DNA from: Rhizobiaceae bacterium
GTDB taxonomy: Bacteria > Pseudomonadota > Alphaproteobacteria > Rhizobiales > Rhizobiaceae
Assembly: GCA_965198665.1 (NCBI GenBank)
Contig: CBDAPT010000008.1
Span: 378,809-442,808 of the forward strand
DNA: 64,000 nucleotides
Reading direction: 5' to 3'
This document shows positions 20,322 to 29,067 of the stretch, in pieces. How positions within the stretch are numbered: the stretch's first letter is position 1; every line of letters begins with the position of its first letter. The translations under genes and the position numbers were made by a program. Below the pieces are notes generated by a model. It did no database searches. It had not been told where the DNA came from and was given only the letters and a program-made list of their open reading frames with translations.

Positions 20322-20526
20322 CTCCATGATAGAGCAGATTCGCAGCGTCGTTGTACGCATGAAAAACGAGGGTGTTGCTGTGGTTCTGGTGGAGCAGCGG
20401 GTTGATGCAGTATTGTCAATCGCGGATCGTGTAACCTTTATTGAAAACGGCTACAGCCGCGACACAATAGATGCTTCGGTTTTGAAAACCGACAACTCAT
20501 TGCTTGAGCGATATGTCGGCGTGTGA
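20322..20526 (+). pseudogene. 3' remnant of a LivF/LivG-type ABC ATPase gene, 5'-truncated at the IS21 end
   Basis: ...IEQIRSVVVRMKNEGVAVVLVEQRVDAVLSIADRVTFIENG... is the D-loop/H-loop C-terminus of a branched-chain-type ABC ATPase. No upstream part is present. Confidence 0.6.
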
Positions 20527-20596
20527 ATCGCCGCAAGTCAACTTGGCCCTAAACGTTTTCAGTTTTTCAGTGGTTTCAGACCAAACGAAATTCGCT

Positions 20597-21217
20597 TCAG
20601 CTTAAGGCATCACTTGTTTTGAAGTCGACACCTGCATCACGCATCTGTGCCATCGCCGCATCAAGCGATCCATCCAGATCAATGCCACGGCACCCATCGG
20701 TTATCACGGTGGCTGCAAAACCCTGTTTCACCGCGTCAAGCGCTGAGTAACAGACACAGAAATCGGTTGCCAAACCTACCAGATAGACTTCGCTTGTACC
20801 TCGCTCCCGCAGGTAACCGGCCAGACCTGTTTCAGTTTTCTTGTCATTTTCAAAGAACGCCGAATAGCTGTCGATTGCCGCACGGAAACCTTTTCGGATA
20901 ATCATATCAGCCCGGTTTATTTCCAGATCCGGATGAAATTCCGAGCCTTTACTTCCAATCACGCAGTGGGTGGGCCACAGGACCTGGGGTCCATAGGGCA
21001 TATCAATCAAAGAAAACGGTTCCGGCCCTTCATGATTGGCCGCGAAGGATGAATGGTCGCCGGGATGCCAATCCTGTGTCAGCACCCTCACCTGAAACCT
21101 CTCCTGCAAAGCGTTGCTGATCGGTACCACCGCATCGCCGTCATCGACGGCAAGCGCACCGCCCGGACAGAAATCGTTCTGGATATCAATCATCAGAAGT
21201 GCTGCATTGTCTGTCAT
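20597..21217 (-). CDS. pncA: Nicotinamidase/pyrazinamidase (isochorismatase family)
   Basis: MTDNAALLMIDIQNDFCPGGALAV...QDWHP..H.SF...ATDFCV. Carries the PncA catalytic Asp/Lys/Cys and metal-site pattern. Confidence 0.8.
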   Translation of the reverse strand: MTDNAALLMIDIQNDFCPGGALAVDDGDAVVPISNALQERFQVRVLTQDWHPGDHSSFAANHEGPEPFSLIDMPYGPQVLWPTHCVIGSKGSEFHPDLEINRADMIIRKGFRAAIDSYSAFFENDKKTETGLAGYLRERGTSEVYLVGLATDFCVCYSALDAVKQGFAATVITDGCRGIDLDGSLDAAMAQMRDAGVDFKTSDALS

Positions 21218-21334
21218 AATCTCTTCCAACCCTCATCAACCGGTCAAACTTCTCGGTCTATTAAAATACACTTTCGGCTGTGGAATCAAACAACCGTTTC
21301 GCAATATCCAATTACGCAGATAGCAGCCTTGTGG

Positions 21335-22156
21335 CTAGCCCACAAACGCGCGCTCAACGACAAAGGTTGCCGGTTTGTTATTTGCTCCCTCCTGCAAACC
21401 AAGCCCCTCAAGAATTGCTTTGGTCTCATTGAGCATTTCCATGGAGCCGCAAATCATGCCGCGATCGGTTTCCGGCGTGATCGGGTCAACACCCAGATCA
21501 CTGAATACCTTGCCGCTTCTCAACAAGTCGGTGATCCGGCCGGTATGGGGATAATCCTCACGGGTAACCGTGCAGTAATGCGTCAGGCGCCCTGGCGCCA
21601 GTTCACCAACCAGGGGATCATTTGCAATCTGCCCGATCAGATCCTGTCCGTATTTCAACTCAGCGACTTCGCGACAGGTATGAGTGAGGATCACCTTTTC
21701 AAATTTCTCGTAAGTTTCCGGGTCGCGTATCAGCGAAGCAAAAGGGGCAATTCCGGTGCCTGTCGAAAACATCCACAGGCGTTTTCCTGGCAACAGGGCA
21801 TCATTGACAAGCGTGCCGGTCGGTTTTTTTCTGATGAGAATCGTATCACCCGGCTTGATGCGCTGAAGATGTTCGGTGAGGGGTCCGCCGGGTATCTTGA
21901 TCGAGAAAAACTCAAGGGTGTCATCCCAGCTCGGGGAGGCAACTGAATAGGCACGGTAAACCGGTTTTTCAGAATTCGGCAGGCCAATCATTACGAACTC
22001 GCCAGACCGGAACCTCAGGCTTGCGGGCCGGGTTGTGCGAAACCGGAAAAGCCTGTCGGTGTAGTGCTGGACTTCGGTAACGGTTTCTCCAAATACGCCC
22101 TGCGGTATATTGAATTCGCCTTGCAAGTGCTCGTCGGGTCCGACAACTCTCATCAC
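21335..22156 (-). CDS. fpr: Ferredoxin-NADP+ reductase (bacterial Fpr type)
   Basis: 273 aa with [35 protein letters not shown] and a C-terminal ...FVVERAFV. Its start overlaps the stop of the ferredoxin gene upstream of it. Confidence 0.85.
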   Translation of the reverse strand: MMRVVGPDEHLQGEFNIPQGVFGETVTEVQHYTDRLFRFRTTRPASLRFRSGEFVMIGLPNSEKPVYRAYSVASPSWDDTLEFFSIKIPGGPLTEHLQRIKPGDTILIRKKPTGTLVNDALLPGKRLWMFSTGTGIAPFASLIRDPETYEKFEKVILTHTCREVAELKYGQDLIGQIANDPLVGELAPGRLTHYCTVTREDYPHTGRITDLLRSGKVFSDLGVDPITPETDRGMICGSMEMLNETKAILEGLGLQEGANNKPATFVVERAFVG

Positions 22157-22497
22157 AATGCTCCAGATTCCGCTGCCGGTGCTTCAGAAAGCAGTTGCAG
22201 TTTTTCGGGTTTGTCTGCCCAGATTTCACAATCGGCGCAGGCTTCTCCCTGTTCAGTTATGTTTGGCCAGATTTCCGCGTACTTCCGGTTCAGTTCGATA
22301 CAGAAATCAGCCCCGCTGATTGTATCCGGCTTGATTGCATCAACCGGACACTCGGGCTCACACACTGCGCAGTCAATACACTCGTCGGGATGGATTACCA
22401 CCATGTTCCCGCCTTCAAAGAAACAGTCGACAGGGCAAACCTCAACACAGTCCTTGTATTTGCAGTTGATGCAGCCATCGGTAACCAGGAAAGGCAT
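22153..22497 (-). CDS. fdxA: 7Fe (Azotobacter FdI-type) ferredoxin
   Basis: [29 protein letters not shown]...[22 protein letters not shown] set the start at ATG 22497; the 205-aa ORF extension would overlap the enamidase gene. Confidence 0.85.
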   Translation of the reverse strand: MPFLVTDGCINCKYKDCVEVCPVDCFFEGGNMVVIHPDECIDCAVCEPECPVDAIKPDTISGADFCIELNRKYAEIWPNITEQGEACADCEIWADKPEKLQLLSEAPAAESGAL

Positions 22498-22884
22498 GCA
22501 TGAAAACCCGCAGGAGTATCTAGGATGGCAGATAAACTGGTGATCAAAAACATTGGCCTGATTCTTTCTGGCAGGATCGAGGAGCCGATTCTCGATGGCA
22601 ACTGCCTGATCGCCATTGACGGCAAAATCCATTCCTGGGGCAATGAAAAAGATTTGGACACGGCGGATGCGAAAACCGTCATTGATGCACAGGGCGTGAC
22701 ACTCGCACCGGGGCTCATAGACAGTCACATTCATCCGGTTGTTGGAGACTACACTCCAAGGCAGCAGCAATTACACTGGATCGATTCTACCCTGCATGGC
22801 GGCGTGACTACGCTGATTTCGGCTGGCGAAGTCCACATGCCGGGGCGTCCAAAAGATGTGGTTGGCCTAAAAGCGATGGCAATA

Positions 22885-23951
22885 GAGCGTGTTCGCATCA
22901 CGTGAATTCACAGCCGACTGCCCTGAAGAAATTCCGGCACTCCATTGGCGTGAACATATGGCAGACCTCTCCGATTGCCTTCCAGACATCATCGAAGGTT
23001 CTGGCGCCTGCCTTCCTCAGATGAGCCTTGAGCTTCGAAAAGGCCATTTCAATGGCATTGAGATCTGGGGAATATTTCGGCAGGAACAAAAACCATGCGC
23101 CGATATCTCGCAAGATCTGCTCGGCTTTTTCGCTCTTGTGAGCGGCTAGGTGGTCAAGGATTACGACATCTCTCTTTTCCAGTTCTGGCGCCAACTGTGT
23201 CTCAACATAAATCTCAAAGATTTCTTTGGTCATGGCCCGGTCAATAACCCAGGGCGCAACCAGTCCATGACTGCGCAGGCCTGCGATAAGTGTCTGCTTC
23301 TTCCAGTGGCCATGAGGGACAAAATCTATGAGGCGCTCTCCTGTTGGGGCCCATCCAGTTTGCTTGGCCATTTTGGTGTTTGTGGACGTCTCATCAATGA
23401 AGACAAGTTTTTCAATCGACCGATTCAAAAACGGAACACGCCTTGTCTTCCAGAGTTCGCGGTCTTTTTTCACGTCGATGCGGTGTTGCTCCTTGGCATA
23501 AATAGTCTTTTTTTATGCGACAACCCGAAACTGCGCACAACATGCCAGACAGGCGAATGATGGACATTGAGGTTGAATTTTTCGTTCAGCTCCGCACAAA
23601 GCTTACGGATTGTAATGTCCTTTTGTTCATCAACCCGTTTTCGAAGCCAGTCTTTATAGGGTGAAAGCTTGCCATGGCCTGTTTTTCCCGGGTTATGTTT
23701 TGGAGCAAGCGAGCCAGTTTCACGTTTCAACTTCACCATATCATTCACAAATTTGACGGAGACTTTGAAATGGGCAGCCGTTCCACGATGAGTGTGGCCT
23801 TCTTCTACATGAGCTACAACACGTTTACGCAATTCAATCGGATGGGGCTTGGGCATTGAAAATCCTTGGCTTCGAACCGAATCAGGTCACCCCAATCAGA
23901 ATCATATTCGCGCACGGAAAGAAACTGAATCTACTCGACACAAACACGCTC
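22885..23951 (-). mobile_element. IS630-family insertion sequence, copy 2 (1067 bp)
   Basis: Same IRs as copy 1. TA at 22883-22884 and 23952-23953. Confidence 0.9.
22898..23856 (-). CDS. IS630-family transposase (-1 frameshift at T-run 23508-23514)
   Basis: ORF translations are identical to copy 1. Confidence 0.8.
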
Positions 23952-24789
23952 TAGCCGCCCAGCGCTGGTACGAAAACTTCAGACCCTCCGGGATGAAAGT
24001 TCACGCCGGCGCACCGGTGATTGAGCACGGCATGGTGGAAGAGGATTTCAAGGAACTCGCGGAATCAGGGGTAAAGTTTCTGGGCGAGGTTGGCCTCGGC
24101 ACCGTAAAAGACGGAAAGACTGCAAGCCAGATGGTTGGTTGGGCCAGGAAATACGGCATTCAGAGTACCATCCACACGGGCGGACCTTCTATCCCCGGTT
24201 CCGGATTGATTGACGCTGATATGGTACTGGAAACAGGAACGGATGTGGTTGGCCATATCAATGGCGGTCATTCCGCGTTACCCGATGACCAGATCATCTG
24301 CCTGTGTGAAAACTGCAAGGCTGCGCTGGAAATAGTTCATAACGGAAACGAGCGTGCGGCACTCCTGACGCTGAACACGGCCCGCGAGCTGGACAAACTG
24401 GATCAGCTTATTTTAGGGACAGACGGACCGGCGGGATCCGGTGTGCAACCGCTGGGTATCATACGGATGATTGCCATGCTTTCCAGCCTCGGCAATGTAG
24501 CCGCCGAAACCGCACTGTGCTTTGGCACCGGCAACACTTCGAGGCGCAGGAACCTTGATACGGGCATGATAGAAAACGGCTATTGTGCTGACTTTGTATT
24601 GATGGACCAGGCACAGCATGCACCGGGAAAAGACATCCTGGAATCCATTCAGCTGGGTAATCTTCCCGGCGTTGGTATGACCGTCATAGATGGTGTCGTG
24701 CGCAGCGAGCGAAGCCGCAATACACCCCCGGCGACCAGACTGCCCTGCGTGGTTTAAGTTAAAACACATATGCCACAGGGACATATGTG

Positions 24790-24810
24790 GATGCGCACCC
24801 GCATCGTTTT
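24790..24810 (+). terminator. Rho-independent terminator after the enamidase gene
   Basis: GATGCG-cacc-CGCATC followed by GTTTT. Preceded by a second hairpin, CACATATG-n9-CATATGTG (24765-24789). Confidence 0.55.
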
Positions 24811-24816
24811 GACAGT

Positions 24817-25278
24817 TCAGGTTAATTTTTTCAGGATTTTAAGAAACGTTTTTTGTTCCTGAGCGGTAAGCGGCTGCAGGGTTTTTGCGGTAATCACCTT
24901 ACCGGCTTTTTTCATTTCTTCTATCAACACAGTTCCGGCCTCTGTAAGGGACACCAATAACCGTCGCTTGTCATTGGGATCAGGTCGGGACTTTACCAGC
25001 CCGCGATGAATCAGGCGATCAACCACTCCCTTGATAGTCGCCACATCCATTCCCGCAAGACGTCCGAGATGGTTTTGTGAACACTCCCCATTGTCGGATA
25101 TGCGCACAAGTGCCGAGAATTGAGTAGGCGTGATGTTGTCTATTGTGTTGCTTTGAAAAATAACGCTATGGCGCTGGCTGGCCAATCGAAGCAGAAATCC
25201 TACCTGGTTATCGAGATCATATCTGTCTTCTGCATGACTCATTGTTTGTTCCATATGCCACGTTCGTGCGATTTTCAT
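24817..25278 (-). CDS. MarR-family transcriptional regulator
   Basis: 153 aa with a winged-helix core ...ITPTQFSALVRISDNGECSQNHLGRLAGMDVATIKGVVDRLIHRGLV...DKRRLLVSLTEAG. Confidence 0.8.
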   Translation of the reverse strand: MKIARTWHMEQTMSHAEDRYDLDNQVGFLLRLASQRHSVIFQSNTIDNITPTQFSALVRISDNGECSQNHLGRLAGMDVATIKGVVDRLIHRGLVKSRPDPNDKRRLLVSLTEAGTVLIEEMKKAGKVITAKTLQPLTAQEQKTFLKILKKLT

Positions 25279-25466
25279 TTGGCGGATATTGCCGACTAAA
25301 CGAAAAACGCAAATACTCTACAGATGCTCTGCGCTCGGTGTCCGTTTATCCCGGAATAAAAGGTGGCTTCGATAGCGAATTATAATTGGAACCACCAAAA
25401 CAAATCAAACAGATATTGAATGACAACACGTCATGGAAAAATTCGACATAAGTCTGCGTTGACAAC

Positions 25467-26045
25467 TCAACGCAATCCGTCGTTGCCCTCTGCCTCTTCA
25501 TGGGTAAGGCCGCCGACCCGTGGAAGCGGGCGCCCGGAATCCGTCACGGCAATTGCAACCATTATTTCATTGGCTCTTGGTGCATCATTTATCCGCACTT
25601 CCATGCCATCAAAATGGGACCGGACATAGGCGGCGTCCTTATGACCCAGAGGAACATCCAGCGGTTGTCCCATGGAGCCCATTTTCTTGGAGGATGGAAC
25701 CAGAGCCGCCCCTTTCTCCACAGCGGCGCGAAGTGGTTTGCCCAATCTGGGATGCAGGATTGCCGCAGCATGTTCGAGCTCTCCGTTTTCGCCGACCATC
25801 GCTGCCTTGCCATAACTTTCAGCTTCCTGTGGACTGATACCAAGTGCGTCGACGCATTTTTGACCCAGCAAGCCACCCAGTTCCTCACCAGCACTCATGA
25901 GTTCTTCCAGGTCTTCCTGATACACACCCGCAAACGGATTTTCGATAACGGCAATTGCCGCCGCGCGCCGTGTCGGTGGCGATATTTGCCGACCGATTTC
26001 AATATGGGTATCTTCGACCACAACCGATATCTTCCGGATTTTCAT
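25467..26045 (-). CDS. Amino-acid-synthesis family protein (DUF1185/PF06684-like), paralogue 2
   Basis: 192 aa. Shares YGKA.VGE.GELEHAA, VPS.KK.G and YVRSHFD..EV.I.DAPR.NE blocks with the upstream paralogue. Confidence 0.6.
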   Translation of the reverse strand: MKIRKISVVVEDTHIEIGRQISPPTRRAAAIAVIENPFAGVYQEDLEELMSAGEELGGLLGQKCVDALGISPQEAESYGKAAMVGENGELEHAAAILHPRLGKPLRAAVEKGAALVPSSKKMGSMGQPLDVPLGHKDAAYVRSHFDGMEVRINDAPRANEIMVAIAVTDSGRPLPRVGGLTHEEAEGNDGLR

Positions 26046-26061
26046 TGTCTCTCTCCTAACC

Positions 26062-26646
26062 CTATTTCAGTCCATCTTCACCGATCACATCCGCAGCCGC
26101 CAGCCCGCCGGCACGATTGTGAATACGGGCACCTGTCGTCATCGCCAAAATCACGATCATTTCGTTCTTTCTGGGGGCATGGTTGATACCAACCTCAATC
26201 GAATCAAAATGCGATCGCACATATGATGCATTGGAATGGGTAACCGGCACGTCAATTCTCACGCCCGGGCCTCCCACTTTTTTTGCGGACGGAACAATTG
26301 CCTTGGAATTGGGAAGCAGTTCCCGCATGGAATAACCGCCAGGGGCATGCCACAGGGCTGCGTGTTCGAGTTCTCCGTCCTCTCCGACAACCGAAGCCTT
26401 GCCATATGCCTCCACGCCTTCGGGCCCGCAGCCGATAGCAGTGATCAGTTGTTCAGCCATTTTCAGTCCCAGCGGCTTCAGATCGTCCATGAAGCCCGCA
26501 ATATCCTCCACATAACTTCCGGCATACGGGTTCGTAATAACAGTTGCGATATAGGCCCGCCTGTACGGTGTCTGCGACACAGGCCCGCCCTCATGATAGA
26601 TCTCATCCACGGAAATGATGGTTTTTCGTACAATTACTTCAGGCAT
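26062..26646 (-). CDS. Amino-acid-synthesis family protein (DUF1185/PF06684-like), paralogue 1
   Basis: 194 aa, clearly paralogous to 25467-26045. Overlaps the stop of the UPF0280-like gene. Confidence 0.6.
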   Translation of the reverse strand: MPEVIVRKTIISVDEIYHEGGPVSQTPYRRAYIATVITNPYAGSYVEDIAGFMDDLKPLGLKMAEQLITAIGCGPEGVEAYGKASVVGEDGELEHAALWHAPGGYSMRELLPNSKAIVPSAKKVGGPGVRIDVPVTHSNASYVRSHFDSIEVGINHAPRKNEMIVILAMTTGARIHNRAGGLAAADVIGEDGLK

Positions 26647-27583
26647 GAACTTGTCCCGCAGGTTCTGAATTAATGTGTGAATTGGTACCTGTATGCCCCG
26701 CGATCAGATCTGATTTGCCCGGTGTGACCACCCGATGCATGCCCTGGAGCACGAGGTGTGCTAAATGTATTATCCCTGATCGCCTCATTTTTTCGGCTAG
26801 CCGGCAACCCTCTGTGAGTGCATCCTGCTTTTCAAAAGCATCCAGACGGGCAACACCGGTTGTTACCAGCATGTCGCCCAGATCACTGTCCGGGTTAAGT
26901 TCCCGGGCAGGTGCTCGTTCTATCTTGCGTGATGACGGCAGATTGACCGCATTGGCAATCAGTGTCGCAGCCGCGTCAGCCAGTGCGGCGTTAGCAGCGA
27001 ACACGGTCACTGCATCGGCAATGCCAAGGGAATGGCTGCGCCCGGCCCAGCCGCTGGTGGCTACGCCACCGACATCATCTTCGGCGCGAATGGTAGCTCT
27101 GGAACAAATCCTGCCAGTTGCGAGGTCGGAACAAATGCCGACTGTGAACGATTGATTTTCACTAAGCCTCACGGATATATCACCGCCATTATTCACAAAT
27201 ATCCGCCGGGCTGAGACCTTCCCGGCAACACATTGCGTCAGATGATCCGCCACAGATCCCGCTACTGCAATCATAGGTGTGACGAAGTGTTTTTCTGAGA
27301 ATACCGATACCGCATCTAGCATTCTGGCAGCCACCGGACTGTCCGGCACCCATTGACGCGTTGTCACCGGGAGGCGCAACACATCCAACTCCCCACAGAG
27401 ATCGGAGAGTATCGGCTCAAATGAAGCAGCCGCTATCCTGAATGCTTTTTGCCGGTCAGGTTCATCGTGTGTATCAACACCCATGAACAGATCAATGGGG
27501 CCATGACGAAGGAACAGGAGATCACCCTTTTCTGATAACGATATTTGCGGAGCATCCTGAAGCATCGTTACTTTAACTCCCAC
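26639..27583 (-). CDS. UPF0280-family protein (possibly ApbE-like fold)
   Basis: 314-aa soluble protein whose start overlaps the stop of the hnr-like gene by 11 nt. The family call is from memory of the conserved hnr-UPF0280-DUF1185 gene neighbourhood. Confidence 0.5.
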   Translation of the reverse strand: MGVKVTMLQDAPQISLSEKGDLLFLRHGPIDLFMGVDTHDEPDRQKAFRIAAASFEPILSDLCGELDVLRLPVTTRQWVPDSPVAARMLDAVSVFSEKHFVTPMIAVAGSVADHLTQCVAGKVSARRIFVNNGGDISVRLSENQSFTVGICSDLATGRICSRATIRAEDDVGGVATSGWAGRSHSLGIADAVTVFAANAALADAAATLIANAVNLPSSRKIERAPARELNPDSDLGDMLVTTGVARLDAFEKQDALTEGCRLAEKMRRSGIIHLAHLVLQGMHRVVTPGKSDLIAGHTGTNSHINSEPAGQVHA

Positions 27584-29066
27584 CCTTCACAGGCCATGGA
27601 TTATCCAAATGGTTGCCGACGATCCGCTGGCCGCTCAATATGTGATCTTGCTGTTTTCCGGCGTTGGATGCGATCGCTTGATCAAGACTGACAACATGAT
27701 CCATTTGACCGCCGAGCGCTTCATAGTTTTCAAGACTCATGGTGAATTCAATCGGTGCAACCAGGGCCGGCGTGGGTACATAGCCAAACGAATTTTCGGG
27801 CATTCTCGAAACATCAGCCATCACTGTAATACCACCGCCCGGCCAACGGTAGGTCGGCGCACCTCCGCAGGTCACGCTGGTGATCGTCTCCTGGGCCGAA
27901 CGGGTGAGTTTTACGGGATTTTCGGTGACGCCTGCTCTCAACGAACCGCCTGCACCGCCCATAAACATCACCGTGGCAAGTGCAGGTTCACAATTCTCGT
28001 CAATCCGTTTGATCGACGGTCCGAGTCTGTCCGGAACACTCTTTTCTACCGGGATCAGTTCTTCGTTGAGTTCAAAATATGCGAATTGCTCACCAGTCGT
28101 GGACACCATCAGCAGGCTTTGACCGGGACTTGCTTTCTGGGGGTTGAATTCACCAAGGATGTCCAGCGGATCCAAAAGGTCGGTACCGCCCCACCCCGTG
28201 CCTGATCCTGCCACCTGGAAATACCGTCCGGGTGTCGAACGCCGCCCCTTAATCCTGATCCCGGTTTCCGGCCATCCGATAACCTTTCCGGCCTGATGTT
28301 CGGACATGACACCGGTAATGTGGTCATCAACCACAACAACCTCATCGACAAGCCCTTTCCATTGGGAAGCAAACATGCCGACCGTTGCCGAGCCGCAACC
28401 CACCCGCATCCGCTGTTCGGTAACACCATTGACGATGGGTGCCTTGTTCGCCTGTACCACCACCTCAGCCCCGTCATCTATAGACAGTTCCACCGGCTCC
28501 CCGTTACACAGGGCAAGGAGGGTCGCGCATGTTACACGGCCTTCTTTTTTGCCGCCGCCGGTCAAATGATGCACACCACCGAGCGATAACATCTGGGAGC
28601 CGTATTCCGCGGTAGTGACATGACCGACCGGTTCGCCCTGCGCACGCACCAGAGAGCGTTCCGGGCCCAGATGTCTGTCGGTATCAATCTTTACCTTGGC
28701 ACCGCAGTAGCTGAATATCCCCTCGGTAACGACGGTTACCGTGTCGATGCCATTTACCTTGCTAGAGACAATGAACGGTGCTGGCTTATAGTCGGGATAG
28801 GTCGTTCCCGCACCAATTGCCGAAATAAAACGGTCTTTTGGGCGGACAAGTTCACCATCCCAGTTTTCATCACCGTCTTGAAACGGCACCAGCGGCGCCA
28901 TTTCGCTGACACGGTTTTCAATGACGGTGAGGGGATCCAGACGGACGAGTTCACCGCCCTCATTGGCATAGCGATCACATGCACCTGATCTGCCATCAGC
29001 GATGTAACACATGACGGGACATGCATCACATCTGATCTTGTCGGTCGGTTTTGCTTTTTCTACCAA
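27573..29066 (-). CDS. 6-hydroxynicotinate-reductase-like protein
   Basis: 497 aa. The N-terminal Cys cluster IRCDACPVMCYIADGRSGACDRYAN matches proteins I remember as annotated 6-hydroxynicotinate reductase. Lies directly downstream of the Mo-hydroxylase genes. Confidence 0.6.
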   Translation of the reverse strand: MVEKAKPTDKIRCDACPVMCYIADGRSGACDRYANEGGELVRLDPLTVIENRVSEMAPLVPFQDGDENWDGELVRPKDRFISAIGAGTTYPDYKPAPFIVSSKVNGIDTVTVVTEGIFSYCGAKVKIDTDRHLGPERSLVRAQGEPVGHVTTAEYGSQMLSLGGVHHLTGGGKKEGRVTCATLLALCNGEPVELSIDDGAEVVVQANKAPIVNGVTEQRMRVGCGSATVGMFASQWKGLVDEVVVVDDHITGVMSEHQAGKVIGWPETGIRIKGRRSTPGRYFQVAGSGTGWGGTDLLDPLDILGEFNPQKASPGQSLLMVSTTGEQFAYFELNEELIPVEKSVPDRLGPSIKRIDENCEPALATVMFMGGAGGSLRAGVTENPVKLTRSAQETITSVTCGGAPTYRWPGGGITVMADVSRMPENSFGYVPTPALVAPIEFTMSLENYEALGGQMDHVVSLDQAIASNAGKQQDHILSGQRIVGNHLDNPWPVKGGS

Positions 29067-29067
29067 T

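Larger units (their letters stand above)
22525..24757 (+). pseudogene. Enamidase-like amidohydrolase (1,4,5,6-tetrahydro-6-oxonicotinate amidohydrolase family), split by IS630 copy 2
   Basis: The N-terminal part has the metal-binding GLIDSHIHP. The C-terminal part has HTGGPSIPG...VGHINGGH...GTDGP. The halves are in frame after removing the IS plus one TA, giving a 387-codon ORF. The family assignment is from memory of enamidase-annotated proteins. Confidence 0.65.

Noticed and set aside
22153-22770. 205-aa version of the ferredoxin ORF
   Set aside because: The N-terminal 91 codons overlap the divergent enamidase gene and carry no ferredoxin-like sequence. The conserved ferredoxin starts at MPFLVTDGC (ATG 22497).
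6892-23951. Possible composite transposon formed by the two direct IS630 copies around the box cluster
   Set aside because: Each copy has its own TA duplication and interrupts a different gene whose halves flank that copy alone. These are therefore two independent insertions, not the ends of one mobilised unit.
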